From the NCBI GenBank assembly GCA_964187785.1, contig OZ076409.1, forward strand, positions 55,554,001 to 55,618,000: DNA of 64,000 nt, written 5' to 3'. Positions 1-14,003 of this stretch are shown here, piece after piece (position 1 is the first letter of the stretch; each line of letters opens with the position of its first letter). The notes beneath the pieces are model-generated. The model searched no databases. It worked only from the letters and a program-made list of their open reading frames with translations, and was not told the origin of the DNA. Both the position numbers and the translations under genes were made by a program. The stretch is from Amphiscolops sp. MND2022 (Eukaryota).

Positions 1-799
1 ACCGCCACACCTGGAAACATTCCACCCAAAGGATAACAATGCAGATTACTACACGTCGCGAAAACGAGATCAAATCTCGACGCCAACTCTAAACAACTGA
101 CACGCCGTACAGAGTAATAACGGTTATGCTACACCTTCGTTACAACAATGGACCAGTTAGCTAACAGACCTACCAGTTTGGCTGTACACATAATTCCGGA
201 GCCCAGTCTCGACGGCACTCACGGGAGACGCACCTACTGGAGGCTCATTCTGTTGGAGCATTCGACGTAGAACGGCGACGATATCGGTCAGACTCAAAGC
301 TTCTGCAACACACACAGTACAACCTAACCTATGGGTATCATTAGCAATGTCTAAAAGTCTATCCAAGGTAAAAATTCCCGGGATGTTCTTTCAGTCGTGA
401 CGTTGGTAACTACACTACACAAATACCAATGCCACAAACACTCCAATTACCTTGACGAGCTTAGCCCTAATTAAAAATCACCCAATAACGAACTCGTAGA
501 AAGACCGTCTCAATAGCCAAAAAAAAATGACAACTACGGATTTACTTACGGAATTCGCTGGACAGAGCTATGTCCAACAACGTCAACAACGTAGTCGCAG
601 CCTCTACATTGGATGAATTCACACGCCGAGCCAACTGGCAGCATAATAATTGCGTCTCTCCTTCCAACAACGCATCAACTGAGGCTTGGAAATCCTCTTC
701 ATCGGATAACTGCTCCAGATTGGACATCTCAGCTAACACACCTTCTGCGGCTATCACAATCGATGCGACTTCTTCTTCAGATAACTCAGCTGATAACAT
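1..799 (-). pseudogene. 5' exons of the element A hAT-derived gene, copy 1 (partial)
   Basis: ORF pieces 542-799 and 157-366 end at GTAAGT (549) and GTAGGT (173) donors; TTTAG acceptor at 89-90. Confidence 0.6.
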
Positions 800-1831
800 T
801 CAAGTAAAAGCCGGAACTAATCATGAACAACGAATGGCGAACGAGACAAAACGGTCTATGGCTGTAGAATTCGCGATCAACCAGGCTTCAGCGTCTTTGA
901 CGATACGAGATGTGGACTAATCACCCACACCCTCTGTGTTCACAAGGCATCGAAATATCACAAAGAGAATTTTCAACCGAATTTACTCGAAAATAGTTCA
1001 CTCGGAAAAAATTCAGACTCAAAGAACGCTTTCGTTCGAATACTAAAGATCGCCGAAACCTACTCATAAACAAAAAAAGAAAAAGAACAACACCGAAAAG
1101 CAAAGTTAACAAGAAGACAAAATGCCAAATTCGAAAGTCTTAATACCCTGCAAGTGAGTTTCCACGCAGAGCAACCTAGATGCAGATAGTATCACTGAAC
1201 CGATTTCCTGCTAGTCAAGCTACATCCACCTGGTATACCGCTAACTGGACAATAACAACTTCAATCAACAACCAAATCAATCGCAACCAAGCTTACTTCC
1301 TTCTCTCGTATTTGGCATCGACGAAGATTTGTTTACAAAGCGCACGATGTTCCACTACATTCACTTCCAAACAGTTACCGAATTAGCCGAGTAATTATAT
1401 CACGCTGCCACGTTCGATTAATTTCCGGCAGATTCATTCTTACTTAAACTCTTACTGCAAACATCGCGCACAATTGGATGACGTGGCTACTCTCGCCACA
1501 TCGACTCTACATTTGCTCTTTACCGAAGTGGATCAATCAACGCGCTAATTTTATTCTCTTCCTCTCGCTTGCTGGACTGAACCGAAGTAACCGTTGGTTC
1601 CAACCAATCCGACTATTTCCAGCCATGAAGTCGACTCGTCTTTGCCGATGTGGTTGCTATGCCATCATCCGCAACAAACAATGCAAACGTAGTTGAAGTC
1701 ACTACATCAGCCGAATAACCTTCGCAGCAAGATTAGGCAGCTATCACTTACTGCACACCTGATGCTGCTACATTTACCACACCTCCCCGCTACCAGCCTT
1801 CTAAATACCCCTGCATTCCACTTTTCCTTTT

Positions 1832-1843
1832 AAGGAGGGGGAG
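1832..1843 (+). promoter_or_regulatory. Polypurine tract of element A (also 11509-11520 and 23961-23972)
   Basis: AAGGAGGGGGAG abutting the LTR start. Confidence 0.8.
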
Positions 1844-2780
1844 TGTCATGCCGGAAGCATGAATGAAACTGATAAAAAACATTCTAAACATTAAAAATTC
1901 AGTTAAATGTAATACTCTTGATATTTCAATAACCATGAATTACCATTGAACAATGACGGGCCTATCCTATCATCATCACTACTTTCCAAGAATAAAATCG
2001 ATTTGTTAAGGTTGGCATCATTTACTCATTACACGCTACGTACAAGTGCTTTCATCATATTTAACTTCATCAGTAATCTGTAGTTTTATATATAACAATG
2101 GTATGACACCATCATCATAGATTCAATTTGTATCAACCAACGCAATACTAAAGTGATAGTTGATTCATGTAACCATGGTAACATATCGACGCTATCTTTT
2201 GTACCAAACGCCATTCACGTTGCTACCAACAGGACGCACGATTTAACACCTAATCAATAGCGCAATACTATTGGTCAATGCAGTCACGTGACCAGCTTTA
2301 GTGTAAATTGCGACAAGTGTTGAAATACCTTCAGTACAATTTACCTTCAGCTAACGTAGTGTTGCTTACCTCATTGACTTACGCAAAACTTGATATTCAT
2401 ATTTTCAACTTGATCAATAAACCTTTAAAACAGCAATTCCTTTCGAAGATTTTGAAGATGGTCAATACTAGATCTCAAAACGTAGATAGTTACGCAGCAT
2501 GTTCCAGCGGAATGGAACAAAACAGTGACAATGAGAGCGAATATAATTTCCGTAACACGTTATCACGAAATCAAATGAACGAATTCGAGAATGGAGATTT
2601 GATCAACGTTAGACATAATTCCAACCTAAAGTTCAGTCGACCAGCGTTTCATGGAAATGAACAGACAAATCAATGATTTACCAAGTATTGTGTCAGCCCT
2701 TACTGAGAAAATTTCATCATCGACAACCGAATGTAGCGGACTCAACACCGTTACTAATACGAACGTGACCCGTTCTGACA
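1844..2780 (+). repeat. 3' LTR of element A (937 bp), containing a gag-like ORF start (MVNTRSQ...TRSD)
   Basis: TGTCA...TGACA terminal inverted repeat; PPT upstream; ATG at 2458 with a frameshifted ORF running to the LTR end, as in element B. Confidence 0.75.
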
Positions 2781-3805
2781 GTAACATATTCCAATATGAT
2801 CGTAAGTATGTCGTGGTAGTAAGAAGCTCAATTTTGACTGGCCATCGACTAGGATGAAAATCAAGACATGATGTTCCGTATTTCAACCTGAAAAACGTCA
2901 TCTTGTTGTACAATCGTCTTCGTGTAATATCATATAGACTCAATTGTGGTGTCTCAATTGGATGTCGAGGTATTTCACTATTGGGGCAGTCCCCTTAGTG
3001 CTCAAAAAGCGCAGTCTTTTATAATTGCTCGTGTACTTGTGTTTTAGATGGTTCTGTTATATTTTAGATTCGAGACCACGGCAAATAATTTACGAAAGGC
3101 GATGAATTAAAATGAGTCAAATCATCAGAGTGGATTTTGGAAAAGTTTGAAGCAGTGTATTAGGTTTTGTTCAAATTTTAAGTCGGAATAATCTTTAAAG
3201 TGGTGTAAAGTATCAAAAGTGTTTAGTTTACTTGTGGAAATGAGAATTGGATATTAAGCTCCTATAATCCACTTAGAGTGTTGTTTAAAATGAAGAGTTT
3301 ATAAATGAAGTTTGTTTAAAATGAAGATGTTTTCAATTTGCAAGTATAGAGTCTGTCAGTTGTTCAGAGAAGTATGTTGGTTGTTCATTTTGTTTCGAGG
3401 TTTTTGATTGGCAAGTCTTTAATTTAAATTTAAGAATTATTGAATTGACTTATCGAGACCAGTTTACGTTTAATTCCTGTTATTTCAGCACAGCGTTGTA
3501 GTTTTATAAACACACTCAAAAACAGATTTCATCGATGTGATCTAGGAACATTTCAAATTTTGAGTGTCATTGTTGTTCACAATTAGTTCACACTCGGCAG
3601 GTTCACACTTGTAGTTGCACTTGGCAATTAAAACTTGGAGAGTTGATATCCAGTTTTCATCCAAATGAGAAAGTTGAAAGAAGGTGAGTAAGCTCCTGGT
3701 TAGTTAGAAGACTTGGAATTTTAAATCCTTGTGGGACCAATTTGAAATATTCGAGAGTTTTTGCTTAGTGTGAATTTTCAATTGAATAGTTTCATTTTGT
3801 ATGTT

Positions 3806-6800
3806 ATGGCGAATGTTCGCAAACTACGGAACAACTCCAAAGCTTCATCTACTCTGTGCAAGGAATGCAACATGGCTGTCAAGGATGATGACAGATCAGG
3901 AATTTGCTGTCACTCTTGCAACGACTGGACCCACGGTGGATGTGTTGACTTGAGTGTCACTGATGTTGAATGGCTTGGATCCAAACCCAACTGCTTTTGG
4001 GTGTGCAATTCATGTGTGCATAATGAAGTTTTCACCAACATATCTGAAGACAAGTTGACATCGTTGTTTGATTCTTCTGTTGCTGAACTTATCCCTAATG
4101 CAATCGATGACTCTTTGCCAAAAATCATAATTGAATTAAATGAAAAAGTTAAAACTGCTGTCGTTGATTCGTTACCCTCATATAAAGACGTTGTTGTTAC
4201 GACTATTTGCCGGTGTTGTTTTTGAGTTAGTCGCAGTGTGTATCTTAACGGGAGTGGACGTCCTTATTGCGGAAACATTTTCAGGTTCAGAACCAGAGTC
4301 TTGGACGTTCACGTGGACCGTTTGTTTCTTGTTTAAAGGTGTTATCAGTTTAAGCATTTCCTTTTGGTTCTCCCCAAGTATTTTTGTTAAATCAGACATG
4401 ATTTCTTTTCTCAACGAAGTTTTAATTTCTTCGAGATTTTCAGGTTTTAGCCTAGCCGACTTACTAGGTCCAGCTATTAGGCTTTCACGAGGATTATTTT
4501 CAGCTAGGGAATCTTCAAAGTCACCAGAGACAAGCTCTGCTACAGCCTTCTTTTTCTGACTTCTAGTTGTCATTTTAGTTGAGAGAGAGAGAGAGTATCT
4601 TTGGAAAGATTGAATTCTTCAAAGATTTAAGTTTTCTTTCGAACACATTACGATAACGGAACAGAACTAATTGTTACAAAACGGTTTACAAAACTGAATG
4701 AATCACATGTATGTTTTACATATTTATACCTTCCCAGCATCATTTGTTCCTCACTTAAAAATTCCTAGGTATCACAAAATCGGGTTTGTTCAACAAAAAG
4801 CGCTAATGATTCAAATTATTTCAGCCCGGTGTCATAAATTCAGGTATCGAAATTCCTAGTTGCGTCACTATTCCGTAAAACTTTGTTGAAAGCATTTTTG
4901 TTCAGATAATCCATTTCCTGTTTGAGCTTCAAAATTGCGGCAAAATAGAAGTCTAGCTGACATTTTAATCAGCGTAGGCACGCCGGCGTGATCAATTAGT
5001 CAGGCGTGACGGAATTAAGAATTTCGGAGGAACAGTCTAGTTATTAGAGAGGATAAATGATGCTAGAAGAATTTCACCAGAACACCTTGAACTACTGTTA
5101 CACATCATGAAGCCACAACAATACTACTTATTTAGTACAAAATTACACAAACGTAAACACAACGGTAATTGTAGCGAAAAATAGGTTCGTATAAAATTTA
5201 CGCCTCATATAATATTGGAATCATTTGTGGGTTTTACATGATCATTATATAGGTCAAACTCAAACCAAACATAACTTGACTTCAACTAGATTACTACCTT
5301 AAAGTAGCATAAATTATGGACTTCCGGCGTTGTTACGCCAACATTAGTGTAAAGCATCAAAATGAAAGTTGTCCGTATTATAAAAAGGGGGGGGGGGAAA
5401 TTTCAGAGCACTCTTAACACTGGCTGCGTTGTTGATTATCATTGATAAGAATAACATGTGTGTTCTTAATTGAAGGGATTACCTAGGTACAACTAGCACC
5501 AAACGTTATCCTCACCTTGTCTTTTTTAACTACGCCAACGGAACGTAATAATATGATACTCAACATTATTCTTTTAAAAGGGAGTCTTATGCAACGTGGT
5601 GTTAACGTATTATCTTTACAATGCAAGATTAAAACACACGGTAAACTTTTCAATTCTCTCTAACAGTACAGCTTTTCTTATGTAAAGTTATTCCCGAAAC
5701 CTTTAAATGCGTCGATTCAGAAAGACCTCGTTTAAATTCCATTTAGAACAATACTTCATAGTTGCTATTTTCACAATTTGCTCCGTAGGCCTTCCGTATG
5801 TATTAAGATTGGTTATAGCTGAGCGGCGGAATACAATTTTACAATCCGCTCCGTAAGCGCTCCGTATGTAATAAGATTGGTTATAGCTGAGCAGCAGTAG
5901 CAAGCGGAGTGAAAACGGAGAGCGTAGGCGTTTTCATTCGCTTTTCTTAGCTAGTAAGCGTTGCTAAAGGCAATCAAGCGCAATTCTATTGGTATGAGCT
6001 AAAATAATTCCGCCAGCAAGCGACGCTATTGGTCCGTAAAAATAGAAACACCCGTTGCTAGCCTAGTTGAGTGACGCTGTCATAACGTTGTAAACAATTA
6101 CTTAAAATCACTTGACTGCGGTTTTAAGTGGATATTTAACAACTACTTTAATATTGGAATACATTTTCACTATATTTTTGTATGTTCTTTCATTTTAGAT
6201 TGTATGGACTCCGTTGTGATGTCGGAGTTAAATGTCGTCCCTGTGTTTTCATTTGAGTGTGGAGCAACAAAAATGATCCCATTTGCAAAAATGTTTTAGT
6301 TTTAGTATTTAGATTGGAATGGAAAAACTCAGAAGATAAAACCGGAAAAAAACGGGGTTGCGTGTGAAACATTAATCCGGAAGTTTTAGCTAGTTTAAAA
6401 GTCATTTCTGAAAAATCTTCCGTAACGCTTACGTTGAATTCTGTATCTGGAAAATTATTTGCACTTATTTAGCTGTACTGTAGGTAGAACTTGATTAGTT
6501 TAACAGAGTTTAAAGTTATTTACTTTGCCCTTGTCCGTGTCCTCTGCCGAATCCCGGTATTCCAGAGCAGCAAGTAAAATTACGACCGGGAGCGGGTCGT
6601 GACAGTTGTAACTGGCAAAAACGTAAACAAATTCACTACAAACTCTGAGTTGAACTTCATCTCACTGGGGCCAGCGAAATTGGATCAACTTACTTTCAGC
6701 AAGTTGAATTGATTCGGAAACTGTGAACAAAATCCCTGGTCACATGCGTCTGGAAAACGAAGGCAATGTCACTGCAGTGAGAAGGCTTGGCAAAAAATTG

Positions 6801-7816
6801 AATCCGGCCAATATCGCACCTAGAGGTTGTCGTCCCTTATTGATTACTACATCAAATAGTCATTTTCTACAAAATTGTTTCGCCAGAAGTCACTACCTGA
6901 AAACATATACTGATCCAGTGTATGTCAAGAAGTTCTTGATACCTAGAGAACGCAAAATTGAGAAAGCTGTACTGAAAAATGTTATTCTTTGGTGTCGGAA
7001 GGTAAAAAGAGAGAGGATTTCCGCATCAAAATTTTGCAGCTCTTCTACCAAGGCAAACTAGTTCAATCGCGCACGTACTGACTAAACTGTCTTTTGGTGA
7101 AATGTCAGTGAGTCTGTAGCATTGAAAAGAAACAACATTTGAACAAGTTATGTTCTGTCAACACTGTTTTTTTAGTCTTCTTAACAAAAACGTGGCTCTC
7201 AAATGATGTGAAGAATTCTGAAGTTTTGTGGGCAAGTCTTTCACTGTTATCGCTCGATCTGACCGTTCTTTTTGCTCTCATGGAGGTGTGCTGGTTGGTG
7301 CCTCAAACGATGTCAATGCGAATATTATGGATGTCACTATTGCAGACTACGAATTCTCTCTACCGTGTGTTGTTGTTGATAACAAACATATATGCTTCGT
7401 ACTTATTTATTTCCCACTTTCTACATCTGAGGTGACTGCTTCAATGAGTTATCAATGCGGTTTTGGCGATGATTATATTTTATACATTCACGGTCATTTC
7501 AGTTTTCCTGTTATCGATTGGTCCACACTATCATCTTCAGATACCATTGAGGAAACATTCATTGAAACCTTTGACTTGTTAGCGGTTTCGCAGTTAATCG
7601 ACCTCCCTACTCATAAGTTGGGAAATACTCTTGATCTGATTCTAACAAATGACACACTTGCCCTTTCAATGATCACAAACAGTTGTTTTCTGATCATTTT
7701 CCAATATTATTCCAAACATCTTGTTGCCTGCCTAAACCAGTTTGTAATGAATCGCTCTCCGAATCTTCTTTTGACCAAATCCTCTTCAATAGTAATCTTG
7801 AAACTTTATTCACCTT
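3806..7816 (+). mobile_element. Non-LTR retrotransposon (CR1/L2-group LINE), copy 1: PHD-finger ORF1 and APE endonuclease, cut off before RT
   Basis: ORF1 has a PHD (CKEC..CHSC..HGGC..CNSC) and C-terminal RRLGK..RPLL motifs. ORF2 has APE motifs LTKTWL, GGVL, PTH..GNTLDLILTN, SDH. Frameshifted and split by a solo LTR. 5' UTR boundary not defined. Confidence 0.85.
4195..6604 (-). mobile_element. Solo LTR (2410 bp) inserted in LINE ORF1, copy 1
   Basis: TGTTACGAC...GTCGTGACA ends; TSD GTTGT at 4190-4194 and 6605-6609. LINE ORF1 reads SYKDVV|TGKN across it. Carries a gag-like start MTTRSQKKKA (4573) running to the LTR end. Confidence 0.9.
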
Positions 7817-7832
7817 GAAACTTTATTCACCT

Positions 7833-10800
7833 ATACTGTTGCTGAACTACTCCGCCATCATCTAGCTCCACAAGCCCATGAGCAGTCAATACAGCACAAG
7901 TTGCTACTAAGGAGTCGACACGGCGATCATCCGACCCACTATGGATAAGGATCGGATCGAATGGAGTCCAACTCAAATGCTGGGGCCACGTACGCTGCCA
8001 CAATCCGCTCAATCCACGGCATATACCAACTAACATTTTCTGGACACATTTGTAAAAGAAAGGCAGTTGAGTACTGATTTCGAAACGGAAATACTGCTCG
8101 AAATGTAATCTGTACAAGTTAGAGTCTACGTCTGCATACTCCCGGTCCACATTCGTCAACAAGGCAGCGATCTCATACTCCGCTGGGACACTGTGAACTG
8201 GATAGATAAACCTCATTAGCCCACGCAAAAAGTGAGCCAGTTCTCTTTCCGAGACAATGCCATAATCACGTCCACGTCCACACAAACTAGGACAATGCTT
8301 CACCACTGCAACACAAATACCAAAGAGTCACCCTCCAAACTCTGCACACGGAACCTTAGTTCTATACCCCACCCATAACCTAAGTTCAGTCCATATATAG
8401 CCGAATATACAGCTACACGTACACCCAAACGAGTCTCCGAACAACTACACATAAATCCATACTCACTCAAATCTAGCACAAGGCGTAGAACAGCAAAACG
8501 AGGCCGAATCAATGCATCCTCGAACACCTGACTTTCTAGAAGAGTAATTGGACGCAGTTCGGATGTCACACCCGGTCTATGAGTGCCAAAGTACAGCGCC
8601 AAATCATTTCAGTAGTCCACCACTTCTGCGCAAACGAGTGCAAGTTGAGACACGTCATCTCCACCGAGTCGAATATACTACAAAACAAGAGCACAATCTA
8701 CCCTTTCACCAGAGCCAAACAACCGCAATCCTACACAAATGCTACGGCCTACACAAAAAAATTTCCTATACTAACCCGCCGCAATAAAGGCAACCGATCT
8801 AAGAAACCCTCTTGAGCCACAGACATCAGTCTCACACGAAAGTACTCCAAGACACTGAGGGGATCCAGACCCGCGAACTCTGCAAGAAACTGTTTCTGTA
8901 CCTCATCGAACACTGACCGCTGCGTTATCAACCCTACCACGAGTGGAGTCTTAGGCGATACCACTGCAGCTAATGCCCGCCCAACATGTACAACACCTTC
9001 TACCGCAGTCGTCTTCAATTGGGTCCTGTCTTTAAGACACGCAAGAATTGGGATGACGTTGTTCAACATACGCTTCTCCCATCCAGTTCCACCAGAAACA
9101 AGCACCAGAACCATTGACTTTATGCCATGGACGCCAACGATGTGGAGCTCACCACACCACCGCCAATCACACTGACGGATGCAGACGCCGATACAAGAGC
9201 TTGCTTCAATCAGTGCGTCTAACTGCTTCACTGCATATTGGTATAATCCATACAACACGAGACTCTAAACAGAATCAAACAACCTGATAAACTAGCGAAA
9301 ACTTAACCAAACACAACACTCATACCCAAAAAGCGTAACAATGAACCGATAACAACCACATCACTAGCAAGTTACCTAAGTCGCCCGTACCGTTTAAAGT
9401 AACTGCAAAATTCGATTTTACCTGACACCGAGTGTAGGTCAGGGTACGGCACTCAAAATGAAGTTCGTTTGCCATACAGTCCCTCCATGCGTCCAGCGAC
9501 CGGAGCACCCCATCAAAGGACGTCACGGTCAGAAAACTCGAAACGAAATTACTCAACCACAAGTAATTCACACTTTCGTAATGCAAATGTGGGCGTGCGC
9601 CTTCTTCAGCCTCTGCCTCTTCAATTGCTATTCGCTCCTCCACAGTTAGCTTTAGGGCAGACTCTAGGAAGACCGGCGGTTCGGTCAGCCGGGCACGTCT
9701 AATCCGTCGATCTTCTTCTGCAGATACTGGCCTGCAAGACTTGTCCAGTAATGGCTTGTGTGTCATAATTCTGTACTTTTGTTCTAATCGGGTATGTTCT
9801 ACCCCCTTCCAGTGATCCCATAGCGATGACAGCCGACGCCCTGCAATACTCAGGTCCGCCTGACAAAGCATACACCGAGCGTATCCGTCAATCACCCGCT
9901 TGTTTCGGGGGAAACCATTGAAGGTCCCCACGACGCCAGAAACAAAGTAGGAAGGCTTTAGCGTCTTGATCTTCCGGGCACGAGCTAGAACAAACACACA
10001 CAATGTGTTAAATAGTCCCACATAAACTCAAACTTGCAAAAAAACAAAACAAATTGTCTTGTCTCTTGATAGTCTTAGCATTATTGTTAACTAAAACCCC
10101 ACCCATTATCTTTTGAGATTCTTACCAGATTTAGCAACTGTCACTTTCCCCGCACTGGATGCTCCCGCTGTCGTCCCCTCTCCAAACATGGAGGGAACCA
10201 TCGATGCCGGCCGACTCATGACCGACAAGTCTTTTTGAGCGTCACTTCCACCTTGCACAACACCCACAGACGATGATGATATGAGGGGCACATCCTCCAC
10301 AGGTACGGCTGCTCTCAAGTCACCAGCAGGGACTAAACGGGAAACTGCTGCAGTCAGCTGCCCGACAAACTCATCCACAGCCATTGCACCAACTGTCCCT
10401 AGCTGACCAAGAGTGGATTCGATGGTAGCCTTTACTACGCCGGACAACTCTTTTTCCAGTCGGGCGATTGAAGCAACGACGTCGCTCAGAGTCAACACGC
10501 CCCCACCGCCACACCTGGAAACATTCCACCCAAGGATAACAATGCAGATTACTACACGTCGCGCAAACGAGATCAAATCTCGACGCCAACTCTAAACAAC
10601 TGACACGCCGTACAGAGTAATAACGGTTATGCTACACCTTCGTTACAACAATGGACCAGTTAGCGAACAGACCTACCAGTTTGGCTGTACACATAATTCC
10701 GGAGCCCAGTCTCGACGGCACTCACGGGAGACTCACCTACTGGAGGCTCATTCTGTTGGAGCATTCGACGTAGAACGGCGACGATATCGGTCAGACTCAA

Positions 10801-10850
10801 AGCTTCTGCAACACACACAGTACAACCTAACCTATGGGTATCATTAGCAA
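7833..10850 (-). pseudogene. Spliced hAT-transposase-derived gene of element A, copy 2 (truncated at both ends)
   Basis: Frame-preserving GT-AG introns at 10125-9985, 9421-9265, 8775-8678 and 8466-8306. Zn finger CMLC..DHWKGVEH. A TGG (copy 3) is TGA near 8610. Confidence 0.75.
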
Positions 10851-12456
10851 CCTAGATGCAGATAGTATCACTGAACCGATTTCCTGCTAGTCAAGCTACA
10901 TCCACCTGGTATACCGCTAACTGGACAATAACAACTTCAATCAACAACTAAATCAATCGCAACCAAGCTTACTTACTTCTCTCGTATTTGGCATCGACGA
11001 AGATTTGTTTACAAAGCGCACGATGTTCCACTACATTCACTTCCGAACAGTTACCGAATTAGCCGAGTAATTATATCACGCTGCCACGTTGGATTAATTT
11101 CCGGCAGATTCATTCTTACTTAAACTCTTACTGCAAACAACGCGCACGATTGGATGACGTGGCTACTCTTGCCACATCGACTCTACATTTGCTCTTTACC
11201 GAAGTGGATCAATCAACGCGCTAATTTTATTCTCTTCCTCTCGCTTGCTGAACTGAACCGAAGTAACCGTTGGTTCCAACCAATCCGACTATTTCCAGCC
11301 ATGAAGTCGACTCGTCTTTGCCGATGTGGTTGCTATGCCATCATCCGCAACAAACAATGCAAACGTAGTTGAAGTCACTACATCAGCCGAATAACCTTCG
11401 CAGCAAGATTAGGCAGCTAACACTTACTGCACACCTGATGCTGCTACATTTACCACAACTCCCCGCTACCAGCCTTCTAAATACCCCTGCATTCCACTTT
11501 TTATTTTTAAGGAGGGGGAGTATCATGCCGGAAGCATGAATGAAACTGATAAAAAACATTCTAAACATTAAAAATTCGGTTAAATGTAATACTCTTGATA
11601 TTTCAATAACCATGAATTACCATTGAACAATGACGGGCCTATCCTATCATCATCACTACTTTCCAAGAATAAAATCGATTTGTGAAGGTTGGCATCATTT
11701 ACTCATTACACGCTACTTAAAGTGCTTTCATCATATTTAACTTCATCAGTAATCTGTAGTTTTATATATAACAATGGTATGACACCATCATCATAGATTC
11801 AATTTGTATCAATCAACGCAATACTTAAGTGATAGATGATTCATGTAACCATGGTAACATATTGACGCTATCTTTTGTACCAAACGCCATTTACGTTGCT
11901 ACCAACAGGACGCACGATTTAACACCTAATCAATAGCGCAATACTATTGGTCAATGCAGTCACGTGACCAGCTTTAGTGAAAATTGCGACAAGTGTTGAA
12001 ATACCTTCAGTACAATTTGCCTTCAGCTAACGTAGTGTTGCTTACCTCATTGACTTACGCAAAACTTGATATTCACAATTTCAACTTGATCAATAAACCT
12101 TTAAAACAGCAATTCCTTTCGAAGATTTTGAAGATGGTCAATACTAGATCTCAAAACATAGATAGTTACGCAGCATGTTCCAGCGGAATGGAACAAAACA
12201 GTGACAATGAGAGCGAATATAATTTCCCTAACACGTTATCACGAAATCAAATGAACGAATTCGAGAATGGAGATTTGATCAACGTTAGACATAATTCCAA
12301 CCTAAAGTTCAGTCGACCAGCGTTTCTTGGAAATGAACAGACAAATCAATGATTTAACAAGTATTGTGTTAGCCCTTACTGAGAAAATTTCATCATCGAC
12401 AACCGAATGTAGCGGACTCAACACCGTTACTAATACGAACGTGACCCGTTCTGACA
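7833..12456 (+). mobile_element. Gypsy-type element A, 3' portion, copy 2 (LTR 11521-12456)
   Basis: Near-identical to copies 1 and 3; LTR start changed from TG to TA; 827 bp deletion at 10850. Confidence 0.75.
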
Positions 12457-14003
12457 GTAACATATTCCAATATGATCGTATGTATGTCGTGGTAGTAAGA
12501 AGCTCAATTTTGACTGGCCATCGACTAGGATGAAAATCAAGACATGATGTTCCGTATTTCAACCTAAAAAACGTCATTTTGTTGTACAATCGTCTTCGTG
12601 TAATATCATATAGACTCAATTGTGGTGTCTCAATTGGATGTCGAGGTATTTCACTATTGGGGCAGTCCCCTTAGTGCTCAAAAAGCGCAGTCTTTTATAA
12701 TTGCTCGTGTACTTGTGTTTTAGATGGTTCTGTTATATTTTAGATTCGAGACCACGGCAAATAATTTACGAAAGGCGATGAATTAAAATGAGTCAAATCA
12801 TCAGAGTGGATTTTGGAAAAGTTTGAAGCAGTGTATTAGGTTTTGTTCAAATTTTAAGTCGGAATAATCTTTAAAGTGGTGTAAAGTATCAACAGTGTTT
12901 AGTTTACTTGTGGAAATGAGAAGTGGATATTAAGCTCCTATAATCCACTTAGAGTGTTGTTTAAAATGAAGAGTTTTATATATTTTTTTCATATTTTACA
13001 TTCTTTCATTCTCATAGAGTTCGAGTAACAAATTTTCCATCTTCGAGCCAAGTTACTAATTGTGGAGTTCTAGTAGTTTCTGTCAAGGTTACAGTCAAGT
13101 TGAGTTGCTCGAAGGAATGTATTACCTTGAGAAAGATGTTTTCAATTTGCAAGTATAGAGTTTGTCAGTTGTTCAGAGAAGTATGTTGGTTGTTCATTTT
13201 GTTTCGAGGTTTTTGATTGGCAAGTCTTTAATTTAAATTTAAGAATTATTGAATTGACTTATCGAGACCAGTTTACGTTTAATTCCTGTTATTTCAGCAC
13301 AGCGTTGTAGTTATATAAACACACTCAAAAACAGATTTCATCGATGTGATCTAGGAACATTTTAAATTTTGAGTGTCATTGTTGTTCACAATTAGTTCAC
13401 ACTCGGCAGGTTCACACTTGTAGTTGCACTTGGCAATTAAAACTTGGAGAGTTGATATCCAGTTTTCATCCAAATGAGAAAGTTGAAAGAAGGTGAGTAA
13501 GCTCCTGGTTAGTTAGAAGACTTGGAATTTTAAATCCTTGTGGGACCAATTTGAAATATTCGAGAGTTTTTGCTTAGTGTGAATTTTCAATTGAATAGTT
13601 TCATTTTGTATGTTATGGCGAATGTTCGCAAACTACGGAACAACTCCAAAGCTTCATCTACTCTGTGCAAGGAATGCAACATGGCTGTCAAGGATGATGA
13701 CAGATCAGGAATTTGCTGTCACTCTTGCAACGACTGGACCCACGGTGGATGTGTTGACTTGAGTGTCACTGATGTTGAATGGCTTGGATCCAAACCCAAC
13801 TGCTTTTGGGTGTGCAATTCATGTGTGCATAATGAAGTTTTCACCAACATATCTGAAGACAAGTTGACATCGTTGTTTGATTCTTCTGTTGCTGAACTTA
13901 TCCCTAATGCAATCGATGACACTTTGCCAAATATCATAATTGAATTAAATGAAAAAGTTAAAACTGCTGTCGTTGATTCGTTACCCTCATATAAAGACGT
14001 TGT

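Larger units (their letters stand above)
1..2780 (+). mobile_element. Gypsy-type element A, 3' portion (antisense accessory gene, PPT, 3' LTR), copy 1
   Basis: PPT AAGGAGGGGGAG (1832-1843) directly before TGTCATG; LTR ends CTGACA at 2780. Layout matches element B. No pol of A is in the window, so 'Gypsy' is by analogy. Confidence 0.75.
1..7832. repeat. Tandem segmental duplication, copy 1 (starts before the window)
   Basis: Base 1 (ACCGCCACACCTGGAAAC) recurs at 10505 and 22131, and the ORF track repeats three times. The copy ends at a junction where LINE ORF2 switches to element A sequence. Confidence 0.95.

Noticed and set aside
570..920. 116 aa + strand ORF (also 22700-23050)
   Set aside because: Largely the antisense shadow of an accessory-gene exon; no independent support.
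3761..4225. Host PHD-finger gene
   Set aside because: It is LINE ORF1, interrupted by the solo LTR and followed by APE and RT.
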